Source: Planctomycetota bacterium | GTDB lineage: Bacteria > Planctomycetota > UBA1135 > UBA2386 | Assembly: GCA_036376355.1 (NCBI GenBank) | Contig: DASVAL010000028.1 | Coordinates: forward strand, 19,402 to 83,401 | DNA length: 64,000 bases | Reading direction: 5' to 3' | In this document: positions 18,182 to 27,597 of the stretch, piece by piece | How positions within the stretch are numbered: the stretch's first letter is position 1 | How the letters are laid out: the number at the start of each line of letters is the position of its first letter | Notes under the pieces: generated by a model | What the model saw: the letters and a program-made list of their open reading frames with translations, nothing else | Database searches by the model: none | What the model was told of the DNA's origin: nothing | Position numbers and translations under genes: made by a program

Positions 18182-19225
18182 ATGGCACTCTCGTACGAAC
18201 CAGACCCTTCCCTGTGGGACGAATACGTCGGCGCCCATCCGCACGGCCATCACGAGCAGACCTCGAGGTTCGCGGAGATGCGCTCGAGGAGCGGGTTCCG
18301 CTGCCTGCGCGTCGCCGTGCTCGCGCCCGGTGGTCACATCGTCGGCGGCGCCCAGGTGCTGCTGCGCAGCGTTCCGGTCGCCGGAACGCTGGCATGCGTG
18401 ACCCAGGGGCCGCTCGTGTCCGCAGGCATGGGTGATGCGGCGATCGAGCTGCTGCACGGCCTCGACGTGCTCGCGCGCAACCACGGCATCACGCGCATGC
18501 GCCTGATCAACTACTTCGGCGACTCGTTCTGGCAACCGTTGCTCGAGCAGGCCGGATACCACAGGAGCGGCTATCAGTGGGCGGAACGCGACACGCAGCT
18601 GCTGCGATGCGACCGCACCGACGATCAGCTGATCTCGGGCATGCACGACACGTGCCGCCGCAATCTGCGCAGCGCGCGGAACAAGGGCGTCTCGGTCCGC
18701 GTGGCCGGGGAGGAGGACATCTCTACGGTCCACCAGCTGCTGCAGGAGACCGCGCAGCGGCGCGGCTTCCCGATCTTCCCGCTCGAGTACTTCCAGCGGA
18801 CCTGGCGGCTGTTCGCGCCGCGCGGCAAGCTGCGTGCGTTCCTCGCCTACAGCGACGACGTGCCGCTCGCAGGCGTCATCACGACGGTGATCGGCGACCG
18901 CGCGTGCGACGGATGGGCCGGCATGTCGATGCTCAAGTCCAACACGAACGCGAACTACGCGGCGCACTGGGCGGCCATCCGGTGGGCGCGCGGCGTCGGC
19001 TGCGGCTACTACGACTTCTCGGGCGGCACCGGCGACGACGGCCTCAGCGTGTTCAAGCAGAGGTGGGGCAGCGAAGCCGTGCCGTATCCCGATCCGTTCG
19101 ACAAGTTCTACGGCCTCGCTTCGGGCCTTCGCCGGTCCGCAACGGGGCTCGTCTGGCGGTCGAGGCACTTGAGGAGGATCGTCAACCGCATCGGCAACCG
19201 GCTGCACGCCCGCATGCCGTACTAG
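18182..19225 (+). CDS. FemAB-family (GNAT-fold) aminoacyl/peptidyl transferase-like protein
   Basis: FemAB-like blocks: CRRNLRSARNKGVSVRV, YFQRTWRLF, AYSDDVPLAGVITT, NYAAHWAAIRWARGVGCGYYDFSGG, LSVFKQRWG. Its stop codon TAG coincides with the first 3 nt of the IS inverted repeat. Confidence 0.65.
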   Translation: MALSYEPDPSLWDEYVGAHPHGHHEQTSRFAEMRSRSGFRCLRVAVLAPGGHIVGGAQVLLRSVPVAGTLACVTQGPLVSAGMGDAAIELLHGLDVLARNHGITRMRLINYFGDSFWQPLLEQAGYHRSGYQWAERDTQLLRCDRTDDQLISGMHDTCRRNLRSARNKGVSVRVAGEEDISTVHQLLQETAQRRGFPIFPLEYFQRTWRLFAPRGKLRAFLAYSDDVPLAGVITTVIGDRACDGWAGMSMLKSNTNANYAAHWAAIRWARGVGCGYYDFSGGTGDDGLSVFKQRWGSEAVPYPDPFDKFYGLASGLRRSATGLVWRSRHLRRIVNRIGNRLHARMPY

Positions 19226-20680
19226 CACTACTTTGTCAGGAGGCGCTCGTGCGTTTCGCGCGCACAAACTTGTACGCGTACTGACGTTGTGGTACGAGGC
19301 GGGCGTTGCTGCGCAGCGACGTCAACCGACTGAAGCGACTAGCGAAGTTCTTGGACGGCTTCGCTGGTTCGTTCGTGCGCGAAGGGCAGTCGGGGAACGC
19401 ACACCGCTACGTGCGCGGTCTGCTGAGCGACGCGAAGCGGAAGAACATGGAGGGCATGCTGCAGCGCCTCAGCGATCCGGGGCAGTACCAGACGCTGCAG
19501 CACTTCATCACGCACTCGACTTGGCGTGCCGAGGCGATCTGGGAGCAGCTTCGAGCGCAGACACCGGATCGACGCGGACTGTTGCTGGTCGACGACACGA
19601 GCATCCCGAAGCAGGGCCGAGAGTCAGCTGGCGTTGCTCATCAGTACTGCGGGGCCCTGGGAAAGGTCGCCAACTGCCAGGTCATCGTCACGACAGCGCT
19701 GCGCGCCAAGCGTGCCGTCTGGCCATTGAGCATGGAGCTGTTCCTCTCGAAGGACTGGTGCGATGACGAGGATCGCCGCGAACGCACCCACGTGCCTGAA
19801 GGACTGCAGCACCGGACCAAGCTGCAGATGGCGATCGACCACATCGATGCCGCGCGACGAAGCGGGATCGAGATCACCTGTGTGCTCGCCGATGCCGGCT
19901 ACGGCGATTCGGTCGAGTTCCGCGAGGCGCTTGTCAGCAGGGGCCTCGCATACTCCGTTGGCGTGAGCAAGTCGACGAAGGTCTTCGTTGGTGAACCACG
20001 CTTCGCAGCGCCTCGAAGAGCACGGATGGGCCGTCCGAAGACTCGGCCGCTGCTTGCAGCGAAGTCTCCCCGCGCGGTCTCGCTTGATGCGATCACCAAG
20101 AACGCGCCCGCCTCCGCATGGCGGCGCATCGCATGGCGCAGGGGCACCAAGGGACCACTGGCTGCCGAGTTCCTGCTCCTCCGAGTCACTCCCGCGCACC
20201 GGTGGTACCGCGGAAAGACCCTCGACCAGCTTTGGCTGATCTGCGAGCGCACTCTGGGCAAGGACAGCGTGCGCAAATTCTACCTCTCCAACCTGCCCGC
20301 AACGATTGACGCGAGGCGACTCGTCGCGATCACGCACGAGCGCTGGGCCATCGAGCAGCACTACCGGGACCTGAAGCAGGAGACCGGTCTCGATCACTTC
20401 GAAGGACGTTCCTACCCGGGCCTCCATCGCCACATGGCGCTGACCGCGCTGGCCTACACCTTCATCGAGGCCGAACGACAGCGCGCCAAGGCCGATCCCA
20501 TGCTCAGCATCGGCGCCGTCCGCGAAGCCGTCACCGAAGTCGTCGTCTTCATGCTGTTCGCGCTCGGAGAGCGGTTCGCGACTAGGGCGGCTGCCTTCAT
20601 TCGCGACCCGCCGAAACTCTGATCCCCTCGCTCTTTCGCAAGTCGATCCGTCAGTCCCTGCGGGTGACAAAGTAGTGCTA
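19223..20680 (+). mobile_element. IS701-family insertion sequence (1458 bp) with 16-bp perfect terminal inverted repeats
   Basis: IRL TAGCACTACTTTGTCA (19223-19238); IRR TGACAAAGTAGTGCTA (20665-20680). A single DDE transposase ORF lies inside. No clear target-site duplication seen. Confidence 0.8.
19306..20622 (+). CDS. IS701-family DDE transposase
   Basis: LLVDDTSIPKQG...HQYCG, VLADAGYGDS, ERWAIEQHYRDLKQETGLDHFEGRSYPGLHRHMALTALAYTFI are conserved in IS701/IS4-like transposases. Confidence 0.85.
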   Translation: MLRSDVNRLKRLAKFLDGFAGSFVREGQSGNAHRYVRGLLSDAKRKNMEGMLQRLSDPGQYQTLQHFITHSTWRAEAIWEQLRAQTPDRRGLLLVDDTSIPKQGRESAGVAHQYCGALGKVANCQVIVTTALRAKRAVWPLSMELFLSKDWCDDEDRRERTHVPEGLQHRTKLQMAIDHIDAARRSGIEITCVLADAGYGDSVEFREALVSRGLAYSVGVSKSTKVFVGEPRFAAPRRARMGRPKTRPLLAAKSPRAVSLDAITKNAPASAWRRIAWRRGTKGPLAAEFLLLRVTPAHRWYRGKTLDQLWLICERTLGKDSVRKFYLSNLPATIDARRLVAITHERWAIEQHYRDLKQETGLDHFEGRSYPGLHRHMALTALAYTFIEAERQRAKADPMLSIGAVREAVTEVVVFMLFALGERFATRAAAFIRDPPKL

Positions 20681-20764
20681 GGAAGCCGGCGATTCGGCGG
20701 GGTCGAGCCGCCTGCGTTGGAGCCGACGCCAGCAGCGGGCGCGGCTCAACGGCCATCACGCGGC

Positions 20765-22702
20765 TCAGACGGACGCGCGGTGCTCGCGCGCCCACCACGC
20801 GAGCACGAACAGGGCCCAGACCCTCGACCAGTAGAGGCCTGACGCACGCGCGCGGAAGGAGTCCCAGAGGTTCCCCACGACGCGCGCGTCGAGACCACAC
20901 GCATCGCAGAGCCCGCGGTCGCGCAGGACGCCCTCGACCTCCTTCGCGAGCCGCTGCCGCAGCCAGACGTCGAGCGGCAGCACGAAGCCCGCCTTCGGCC
21001 GGTCGAAGAGCGCTGCGTCGAGCTCGGGCATCGCGAGCTGCCGCAGCAGCATCTTGTTGCCGAGCGGCTCGAACCGCTCGCGCTCGGGCACGTTCGCGAC
21101 CGCCTCGACGACGCGGTGATCGAGCAGCGGCACGCGCGTCTCGAGCGACGCCGCCATGCTCGCGGCATCCGTGTCGCGCAGCAGCCGTTCGCCGACGAAG
21201 TTCGCCATCTCGAGGACCGACACGGCGTGCGGCGTCGCAGCATCGCCGGCGAGGTCCTGCAGCTCCTCGAGGCGATCGAGCGGCATCCCGCAGCGCTGCG
21301 ACGGGGCATCGTCGCGCACTACGAGCTGGCGCGCGAACTCGGCCGAGAAGAGCCCGTAGCATGTCTGGTAGAGCTCGACGAGCCGGCCGCGCGTCGCGAG
21401 CACGTCGGCGACCTTGCCCCAGCGCGTCTGCGGTGGAACGGCGCGGCGCACGCCGTACCTGGCCCGCAGCAGGCCGCGCGCGAGCATGCGCAACGCACCA
21501 CCCGGCACCACCCGGGCCAGGCGGGCGAAGCGCGCAGCGCGCGGGATGTCGCGGAAGCTGCGGTAGCCGCCGAACAGCTCGTCCCCGCCCACGCCCGACA
21601 GCGCGACGGTGATGCCCGCGTCGCGCACGGCGCGGCTGACGAAGTACGTGTTGATCCCGTCGAACGTCGGCTGGTCGATGCTGCGCAGCGCCGGCTCGAG
21701 CAGGTCGAGGAAGCGCTGCTGGGTCAACCGCACCTCCGCGTGATGCGTGCCGAGCGCCGCGGCGACGCGGTGCGCGTAACGCGTCTCGTCGTACTGCTGC
21801 TCGTCGAACGCCACGTGGAACGTGCGCAGACGGCCGGTCGTCGAGCCGGCTCGCGCGGCCAGCGCGGCGACGGCGCTCGAGTCGATGCCGCCCGAGAGGA
21901 ACACGGCGAGCGGCACGTCGCTGATCAGGTGCTGGCGCACGACCGTGCGCAGCTCGTCCTGCAGCTTCGCGACGCCGTCGGCGGCCGGCCGCGACGAAGG
22001 CAAGCGCCAGTACAGCTCGGTGCCGCTGCACTCGCCGCGCGCGTTCAGCGTCACGACGGTCGCCGGCGGCAGCATTCGCACGCCCTCGATGATGGTGCCG
22101 GGACCGGTCACGAAGCCGTTCCAGACGTAGCGTGCGACGGCCGCGCGGGCGAGCCGCCGCGGCACGAGTCCGGTCGCGAGCAGCGCCCGCAGCTCCGACG
22201 CGAAGAGCACGGCGCGGCAGCCTTCTGGCTGCGTGACCTCGCAGAGGTAGAGCGGCTTGATGCCGAGCCGGTCGCGCGCGAGGACCATGCAGCGGCGGCG
22301 CGCATCCCAGATCGCGAACGCGAACATGCCGCACAGCCGCGACAGCGCACGCACGCCCCAACGCGCGTACGCCTGCAGCACGACCTCCGTGTCGCCACGC
22401 GATCGGAACGTCGCCCCGCCGGCCTCGAGCTCGCGCCGCAGATCGTGGAAGTTGTAGATCTCGCCGTTGAACGCGATCGCGTTGCCGGTGACCGGGTCGA
22501 CCATCGGCTGGTGGCCATCCGGCGACAGGTCGATGATCGCGAGCCGGCGGAAGGCGAGCACGGCCCCGTCCTGTCCCGGCCCACCGCTGAGCCACGTACC
22601 CGCGTCGTCGGGGCCGCGATGACGCTGCGCGCTCGCGGCAGCCTGCACGGCCCGGATCAGCTGCGGCCCGATGGCGCCGATCGACCCAGCGAAGCCGCAC
22701 AT
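20765..22702 (-). CDS. asnB: Asparagine synthetase (glutamine-hydrolysing) family amidotransferase, EPS-locus type
   Basis: N-terminal MCGFAGS (Cys2 nucleophile), GATase-2 domain, PP-loop SGGIDSS, 645 aa. ATG overlaps the stop of the upstream GT4 (TGATG). Confidence 0.85.
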   Translation of the reverse strand: MCGFAGSIGAIGPQLIRAVQAAASAQRHRGPDDAGTWLSGGPGQDGAVLAFRRLAIIDLSPDGHQPMVDPVTGNAIAFNGEIYNFHDLRRELEAGGATFRSRGDTEVVLQAYARWGVRALSRLCGMFAFAIWDARRRCMVLARDRLGIKPLYLCEVTQPEGCRAVLFASELRALLATGLVPRRLARAAVARYVWNGFVTGPGTIIEGVRMLPPATVVTLNARGECSGTELYWRLPSSRPAADGVAKLQDELRTVVRQHLISDVPLAVFLSGGIDSSAVAALAARAGSTTGRLRTFHVAFDEQQYDETRYAHRVAAALGTHHAEVRLTQQRFLDLLEPALRSIDQPTFDGINTYFVSRAVRDAGITVALSGVGGDELFGGYRSFRDIPRAARFARLARVVPGGALRMLARGLLRARYGVRRAVPPQTRWGKVADVLATRGRLVELYQTCYGLFSAEFARQLVVRDDAPSQRCGMPLDRLEELQDLAGDAATPHAVSVLEMANFVGERLLRDTDAASMAASLETRVPLLDHRVVEAVANVPERERFEPLGNKMLLRQLAMPELDAALFDRPKAGFVLPLDVWLRQRLAKEVEGVLRDRGLCDACGLDARVVGNLWDSFRARASGLYWSRVWALFVLAWWAREHRASV

Positions 22703-24045
22703 CAGCGTTGTGCGCTCTTCAGGTTGCCGTGCGCCGCGACGAGCAGTGCTTCGAGCTTGTCGATCTCGGACGCCGGATCGTGACGCTCGCGCACGCGCCG
22801 AGTGCCGGACTGCCCCATCCAATCGAGCCGTTTGCCCGTGGCGCAGACGGCCTCCTCCATCGCCTCGGTCAGCGCCTCGACACTGCCCGCCGGGACGAGC
22901 CATCCCTCGAGGTGCTCGCGCACGAGCTCCGGGATGCCGCCGACGTACGTCGCGATCACCGGCCGGCGCATCGCCATGGCCTCCATGATGGCGACCGGCA
23001 GTCCCTCGACGAAGCTCGGCAGGACCAGCGCGCGCGCCTTCAGCAGCAGGCTGCGCACCTCGCGCTCGTCGATCCACCCCGTGATCGTGACGAAGCGCTC
23101 GAGCCCGTGCGCGCGGATCGCCTTCTCGATCTGCGGACGCATCTCGCCGTCGCCGGCCAGGACCAGACGCGCATCGACGCCGCCTTCGCGCAGGCGCGAC
23201 ATCGCCTCGATCAACAGCATCTGCCCCTTCTGGGCCGTCAGCCTGCCGACGCTCACGAGCGTGCGCGACTGCGACGGAACCGGCTCGGAGCCGTCGAACA
23301 CGAACCGATCGATCGTACACCGCACGACGTGCACCTTGTGCCAGTCGGCCGGCTCGGCCCAGCGGCGGATCTGCGCCGCGCAGAAGCTGCTGATCGCCGC
23401 GACGAACGAGGCGTCGGCGACCTTGTCGCGCAGCGCGAATCCGCGCGGCGAGTCGAACTCGTCGGGACCGTGAACGGTCATGCTGTAGGAGAGTTCGCGA
23501 CCGCTGAGACAGCGCATCAGGCGCGCAACGGCCGCCGCGTTCGTGCCGAAGTGCACGTGCACGTGTCGAATGCCGTGGTCCTGGCAGATGCGCAGCAGCA
23601 CGGCCGCCTCGGCGACGTAGGCGAAGTGCCGCAGGAGGCCGCGATCGCTCGCGCGGCTCATGCGCAAGGCCATCCACAACGCACGCATCATCGCGCGCGG
23701 ACGCGTGACGGCCATCAGCATGGTCGCCAACAGGATCCGCGCCATGGACTGCTGAAGGCAAGTGATCGTCTGCGCGACCTCGGCGCGATCCTGCGGGTGC
23801 ACGAGCGCCGAGTCGCTGCGGCGGATCGACAGCCGCAGCACCGAGTGGCCACGCTGCTCCAATGCCGCGATCTCGCGCCGGATGAACGTGTGGCTCGCCT
23901 TCGGGTACTCGGTCGTCAGGTACGCGACACGCAGCCTGGCCCGCCCCGGAGGCAGCACCGGAGCGATCGGGTCGGACCGGGTCGATGTCGACTCCGGGAG
24001 CAACGTGGACGTCGTCGGGAGGGTGATGTTCTTGAAGGTCGTCAT
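22702..24045 (-). CDS. Glycosyltransferase family 4 (GT-B fold)
   Basis: EGLPVAIMEAMAMRRPVIAT is the GT1/GT4 motif. Sugar-transferase-like N-domain LRVAYLTTEYP. N-terminal start uncertain (24045 or 24114). Confidence 0.75.
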   Translation of the reverse strand: MTTFKNITLPTTSTLLPESTSTRSDPIAPVLPPGRARLRVAYLTTEYPKASHTFIRREIAALEQRGHSVLRLSIRRSDSALVHPQDRAEVAQTITCLQQSMARILLATMLMAVTRPRAMMRALWMALRMSRASDRGLLRHFAYVAEAAVLLRICQDHGIRHVHVHFGTNAAAVARLMRCLSGRELSYSMTVHGPDEFDSPRGFALRDKVADASFVAAISSFCAAQIRRWAEPADWHKVHVVRCTIDRFVFDGSEPVPSQSRTLVSVGRLTAQKGQMLLIEAMSRLREGGVDARLVLAGDGEMRPQIEKAIRAHGLERFVTITGWIDEREVRSLLLKARALVLPSFVEGLPVAIMEAMAMRRPVIATYVGGIPELVREHLEGWLVPAGSVEALTEAMEEAVCATGKRLDWMGQSGTRRVRERHDPASEIDKLEALLVAAHGNLKSAQR

Positions 24046-24194
24046 TTGGGCAGGTCCAGGGCCGCGCGGCGCGGGGTGGCTCGCACACCGGGGCCAATGA
24101 TCGTCGCCGCGCACGGGGGGAAGCTGACGCGGGCAAACACCTGAGACCCCGGCAGGGTCTTCACCGCTTCGACGCGTGATCGCGCCGGGGCACG

Positions 24195-25514
24195 ATGTCC
24201 GCGATGCGCGTACTGCTGATCGCGGAAGCGGCGAATCCCGAGTGGACGAGCGTTCCCCTGGTTGGTTGGTGTCAGGCCAAGGCGATCGCGAACTCCGTCG
24301 ACACGCACCTGGTCACGCAGGTGCGCAACCGCGAGGCGATCCTCCGCGCCGGCTACCGCGAGCCACAGGACTTCACGGCGATCGACTCCGAACGCGTGGC
24401 CGCGGGCGTCTACCGGTTCGCGACGTTCCTGCGCGGTGGCTCCGACAGGGGATGGACGACGGTCACCGCGCTCGAATCGTTGTCGTACCGGTATTTCGAG
24501 CGGCTCGTGTGGCGGCAGTTCGAGGCCCGACTGCGAGCGGGCGAGTTCGACCTCGTGCATCGTCTCACACCGCTGAGCCCGTCGATGTCGAGCTACATCG
24601 TGGGCGGGCTGCAGCGCCTCGGCGTGCCGTTCGTGCTCGGCCCGCTGAACGGCGGCCTGCCCTGGCCGCGCGGATTCGGCGCCAGGCGGTGGCAGGAAGG
24701 TGAGTGGCTGTCGTACCTGCGCGGCGCACACCGGCTGCTGCCATCTCATCGCGCGACCCGCAACGGCGCTGCTGCGATCCTGATCGGATCGCGCATCACG
24801 TGGCAGGAGATGCCGGCCCGCCACCACGCCAAGTGCGTCTACATGCCCGAGAACGGCATCGACCGCGCGCGCATCGACCCTGCACGCGAGCCGCTGCACC
24901 TGCCGCCGCTGCGCGTCGTGTTCGTCGGCCGGCTGGTCCCCTGCAAGGGCGTGGACATGCTGATCGACGCGGCGGCGCCGCTGGTCCGCGACGGCAGCGT
25001 CGTCGTCGAGATCATCGGCGACGGCCCGCTGCGCGGCGACCTCGAGCGCCAGGCGCGCGAGCTGCACATCGCGGCCGGCGTGACCTTCACCGGCTGGGTC
25101 GAACACGCGCTGCTGCAGAACCGGCTGCGCGGTGCGCACGCGTTCGCATTCCCGAGCATCCGCGACTTCGGCGGCGCGGTCGTGCTCGAGGCCATGGCGT
25201 CGGGGCTCGTGCCGGTCGTCGTCGACTACGGCGGCCCACCCGAGTCCGCGGCGGGCGACGCGGGCCTCCGGGTCCCGCTCGGCTCGCGCGAGGAGATCGT
25301 CGCCGGTTTCCGGACCCACTTCGCGGAGCTGGCGGCGAGTCCACAGAAGCTCGCGCAGTTCGCGGAACGTGCACGCGCGCGCGCGATGCTGTTCACCTGG
25401 GACCACAAGGCCGCCTGCTTGCGCGAGGTCTACCGCTGGGTGCTCGGACAGCGCGACAAGCCCGACTTCGGCCAGCCGTTCGCGCCGAAGGAATCGGTGC
25501 TGTCCGCGTCGTGA
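24195..25514 (+). CDS. Glycosyltransferase family 4
   Basis: MRVLLIAEAANPEW...; FGGAVVLEAMASGLVPVVVDYGG is the GT4 E-x7-E region. Divergent from the GT4/asnB operon. Confidence 0.8.
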   Translation: MSAMRVLLIAEAANPEWTSVPLVGWCQAKAIANSVDTHLVTQVRNREAILRAGYREPQDFTAIDSERVAAGVYRFATFLRGGSDRGWTTVTALESLSYRYFERLVWRQFEARLRAGEFDLVHRLTPLSPSMSSYIVGGLQRLGVPFVLGPLNGGLPWPRGFGARRWQEGEWLSYLRGAHRLLPSHRATRNGAAAILIGSRITWQEMPARHHAKCVYMPENGIDRARIDPAREPLHLPPLRVVFVGRLVPCKGVDMLIDAAAPLVRDGSVVVEIIGDGPLRGDLERQARELHIAAGVTFTGWVEHALLQNRLRGAHAFAFPSIRDFGGAVVLEAMASGLVPVVVDYGGPPESAAGDAGLRVPLGSREEIVAGFRTHFAELAASPQKLAQFAERARARAMLFTWDHKAACLREVYRWVLGQRDKPDFGQPFAPKESVLSAS

Positions 25515-25565
25515 GACGAGTGGCTGCCGGATCCGCGTGCGCGGCACTCGATCGAGCGGCCTCGA

Positions 25566-25979
25566 TCAAGCCGTGTAGACCTCGAACCTCGGCGGTCCTT
25601 GGTGGCCTGCAGCCTGATTGCAGACTTCTTCGGCAAACCGCTGTGCACCGTCGCGACCCGTGAGCGGCAGGATCAGCGCAATCCGGTCCGCGGTCAGCCA
25701 GCCGGCCTCGTCGCCGACTCGGGCTCGCCGCCTGAACACCATCAGCAGTCGGAGCGCCTTGTGGGCGCTCTCGGCCGGCGACCCGACGTCGACGACGACC
25801 ACCGAGAACGGCGGCCGGCCGCGGTCGCGCAGCGCTTCCTGGCGCCGGATCAGGCCGAGCGTCTGCTCCGGGCTCGGCAGGCTCGCGAGCGGCGAGACCG
25901 TGCGATGCAGCGTCGTTCTGGGCCGTAGTCGTCCGTTCCCGAACCACCACGAAGACAACCGTCCACTGGGAGTCACCAT
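25566..25979 (-). CDS. Small cytoplasmic protein resembling a degenerate GGDEF C-terminal half; paralogous to the N-terminal domain of the adjacent sugar transferase
   Basis: AAGGAA RBS 9 nt upstream of ATG 25979. FSVVVVDVGSPAESAHKALRLL...RVGDEAGWLTADRIALILPLTGRDGAQRFAEEV aligns with YSVLVLELPEPKDLVAAKRLV...LLPGDDLGWLDDGRLALSLPLSDAAAAKAKAERL of the sugar transferase. Confidence 0.45.
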   Translation of the reverse strand: MVTPSGRLSSWWFGNGRLRPRTTLHRTVSPLASLPSPEQTLGLIRRQEALRDRGRPPFSVVVVDVGSPAESAHKALRLLMVFRRRARVGDEAGWLTADRIALILPLTGRDGAQRFAEEVCNQAAGHQGPPRFEVYTA

Positions 25980-26460
25980 GGCTTCCAGTTCCTTTCTTCT
26001 TCTGCTTGTCCGTCAATCGATCCGTCGATCGTCGAGACCGCAGAGACAGCCTCTGCGGCCCGTTTCACTGCAAGTCGCTACCCACTGTCGTTCCATTGCG
26101 TCCCATCCGGTGAATGCCCGCGAGTTCGCACGAGGTTCACCGGAGGGCGGGCCCACTCGTCACCGACGGGGGGGCCGCGGGCCGGGGGTGGGTTCGCTCC
26201 CTCGGGCTGCATCACGCAACCGACGGAGGCACGTCGGATCGCGGGTGCAGGTGCAGCGGAGATGCGTGCACGGGACGACACCGAAGCATGACGCTTCTCG
26301 CGGCCCGCGATGGCACCACCGAGTCGATCGATGAGACGAACACGTTCCGATCCCGGCCAGGGACAATCGAGCACCGCATGTGCGCAGCCGGTGAACGCCA
26401 CACACCGCGCGGGCGCGGCCGAACGGCCACGCAACCACATGGCGTCCGGGCGCGGCATGT

Positions 26461-27597
26461 TCACACGGCCCCCTTGCGCGACAGGACCGCGGGGACCGTC
26501 GCGCCGAGCAGGCGCAGATCGACCAGCGGCGACCGCTGCGCGATGTAGCGCAGATCCATGCGGACCCAGTCGTCGAAGTCGACGCCCTCGCGCCCGGACA
26601 CCTGCCAGAGGCCCGTGATGCCGGGGCACACGTCGAGGCGGCGCTGATGCCAGGACCGGTATGCTGGAACCTCGTCCAACGTCGGCGGCCGCGGTCCGAC
26701 CAGCGACATCTCGCCGCGCAGCACGTTCCACAGCTGCGGCAGCTCGTCGATGCTCGTCGCGCGCAGAATCCGGCCGACCGGGGTCACGCGCGGGTCGTTC
26801 TTCATCTTGAAGACCGGCCCGGACCGCTCGTTGAACTGCTGCAGCGCGGCCTTCATCGCCTCCGCGCCGTTCACCATCGTGCGCAGCTTGAAGAGCACGA
26901 ACGGCGTGCCGTGCAGGCCCGCACGCCGCTGGCGCAGGATCGCGGGCCCCGGCGACGTGAGCTTCACTGCCAGCGCCGCGGCGAGCAGCACCGGCAACGT
27001 GAGCAGCAGCGCGAGGCCAGCGCCCACGATGTCGACGCACCGCTTCCAGCGCGGCAGCGGGTCGAACAGCAGTTCCGCCAGCGGCCGCGTCGCGGGCGCA
27101 TCCACGGCCTGCGGCCGCGGCGACTGCACGTAGATCGTGTAGCGCACCAGCACCGTTTCGGCAGCGAGGCGCTCGGCCTTCGCCTTGGCGGCGGCGGCAT
27201 CACTGAGCGGCAGCGATAGCGCGAGCCGGCCGTCGTCGAGCCAGCCGAGATCGTCACCGGGCAGCAGCACGTTGCGCGCGAACGCGACGAGCCGCTTCGC
27301 CGCCACGAGGTCCTTGGGCTCCGGCAGCTCGAGAACGAGCACCGAGTAGTCTTGCGCCGCGCGGTCGGCCAGCGTCGCTTCGCGCTCGATCCGAGCCCTG
27401 ACCCACGCGGGCGTGAAGACGTCCTCGCTGCGGTCCGGGGCGGGCTCGTTGACCTCCTGCCGCCGCTCCTCGGGTGCGCTCGCCTTCTGCGATGCCGACC
27501 GCCGCGCTACGGGGCGCCCCTCGGCGGGCGTGCCCAGGGCACCGCGAATCGAGAGGTGCATCGCACTGAAGGACAGGTCCTCGGGCGGGTGATACAT
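26461..27597 (-). CDS. Polyprenyl-phosphate sugar-1-phosphate transferase (bacterial sugar transferase domain, PglC/WbaP-C-like) with an N-terminal degenerate GGDEF-like domain
   Basis: The TM CVDIVGAGLALLLTLPVLLAAALAV is followed by LTSPGPAILRQRRAGLHGTPFVLFKLRTM...FKMKNDPRVTPVGRILRATSIDELPQLWNVLRGEMSLVGPRP, the Bac_transf signature. Confidence 0.8.
   Translation of the reverse strand: MYHPPEDLSFSAMHLSIRGALGTPAEGRPVARRSASQKASAPEERRQEVNEPAPDRSEDVFTPAWVRARIEREATLADRAAQDYSVLVLELPEPKDLVAAKRLVAFARNVLLPGDDLGWLDDGRLALSLPLSDAAAAKAKAERLAAETVLVRYTIYVQSPRPQAVDAPATRPLAELLFDPLPRWKRCVDIVGAGLALLLTLPVLLAAALAVKLTSPGPAILRQRRAGLHGTPFVLFKLRTMVNGAEAMKAALQQFNERSGPVFKMKNDPRVTPVGRILRATSIDELPQLWNVLRGEMSLVGPRPPTLDEVPAYRSWHQRRLDVCPGITGLWQVSGREGVDFDDWVRMDLRYIAQRSPLVDLRLLGATVPAVLSRKGAV

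Noticed and set aside
16617-18183. Upstream extension of the 874-aa minus ORF beyond the GT2 gene
   Set aside because: Only the C-terminal 352 codons (15559-16617) show GT2 motifs. The remainder overlaps the well-supported Wzy-like gene in another frame and is compositionally junk.
20454-22700. 748-aa minus ORF overlapping asnB in a different frame
   Set aside because: The asnB frame (20765-22702) has unmistakable MCGFAGS/SGGIDSS motifs. The alternative frame is Arg/Ala-rich with no motifs.
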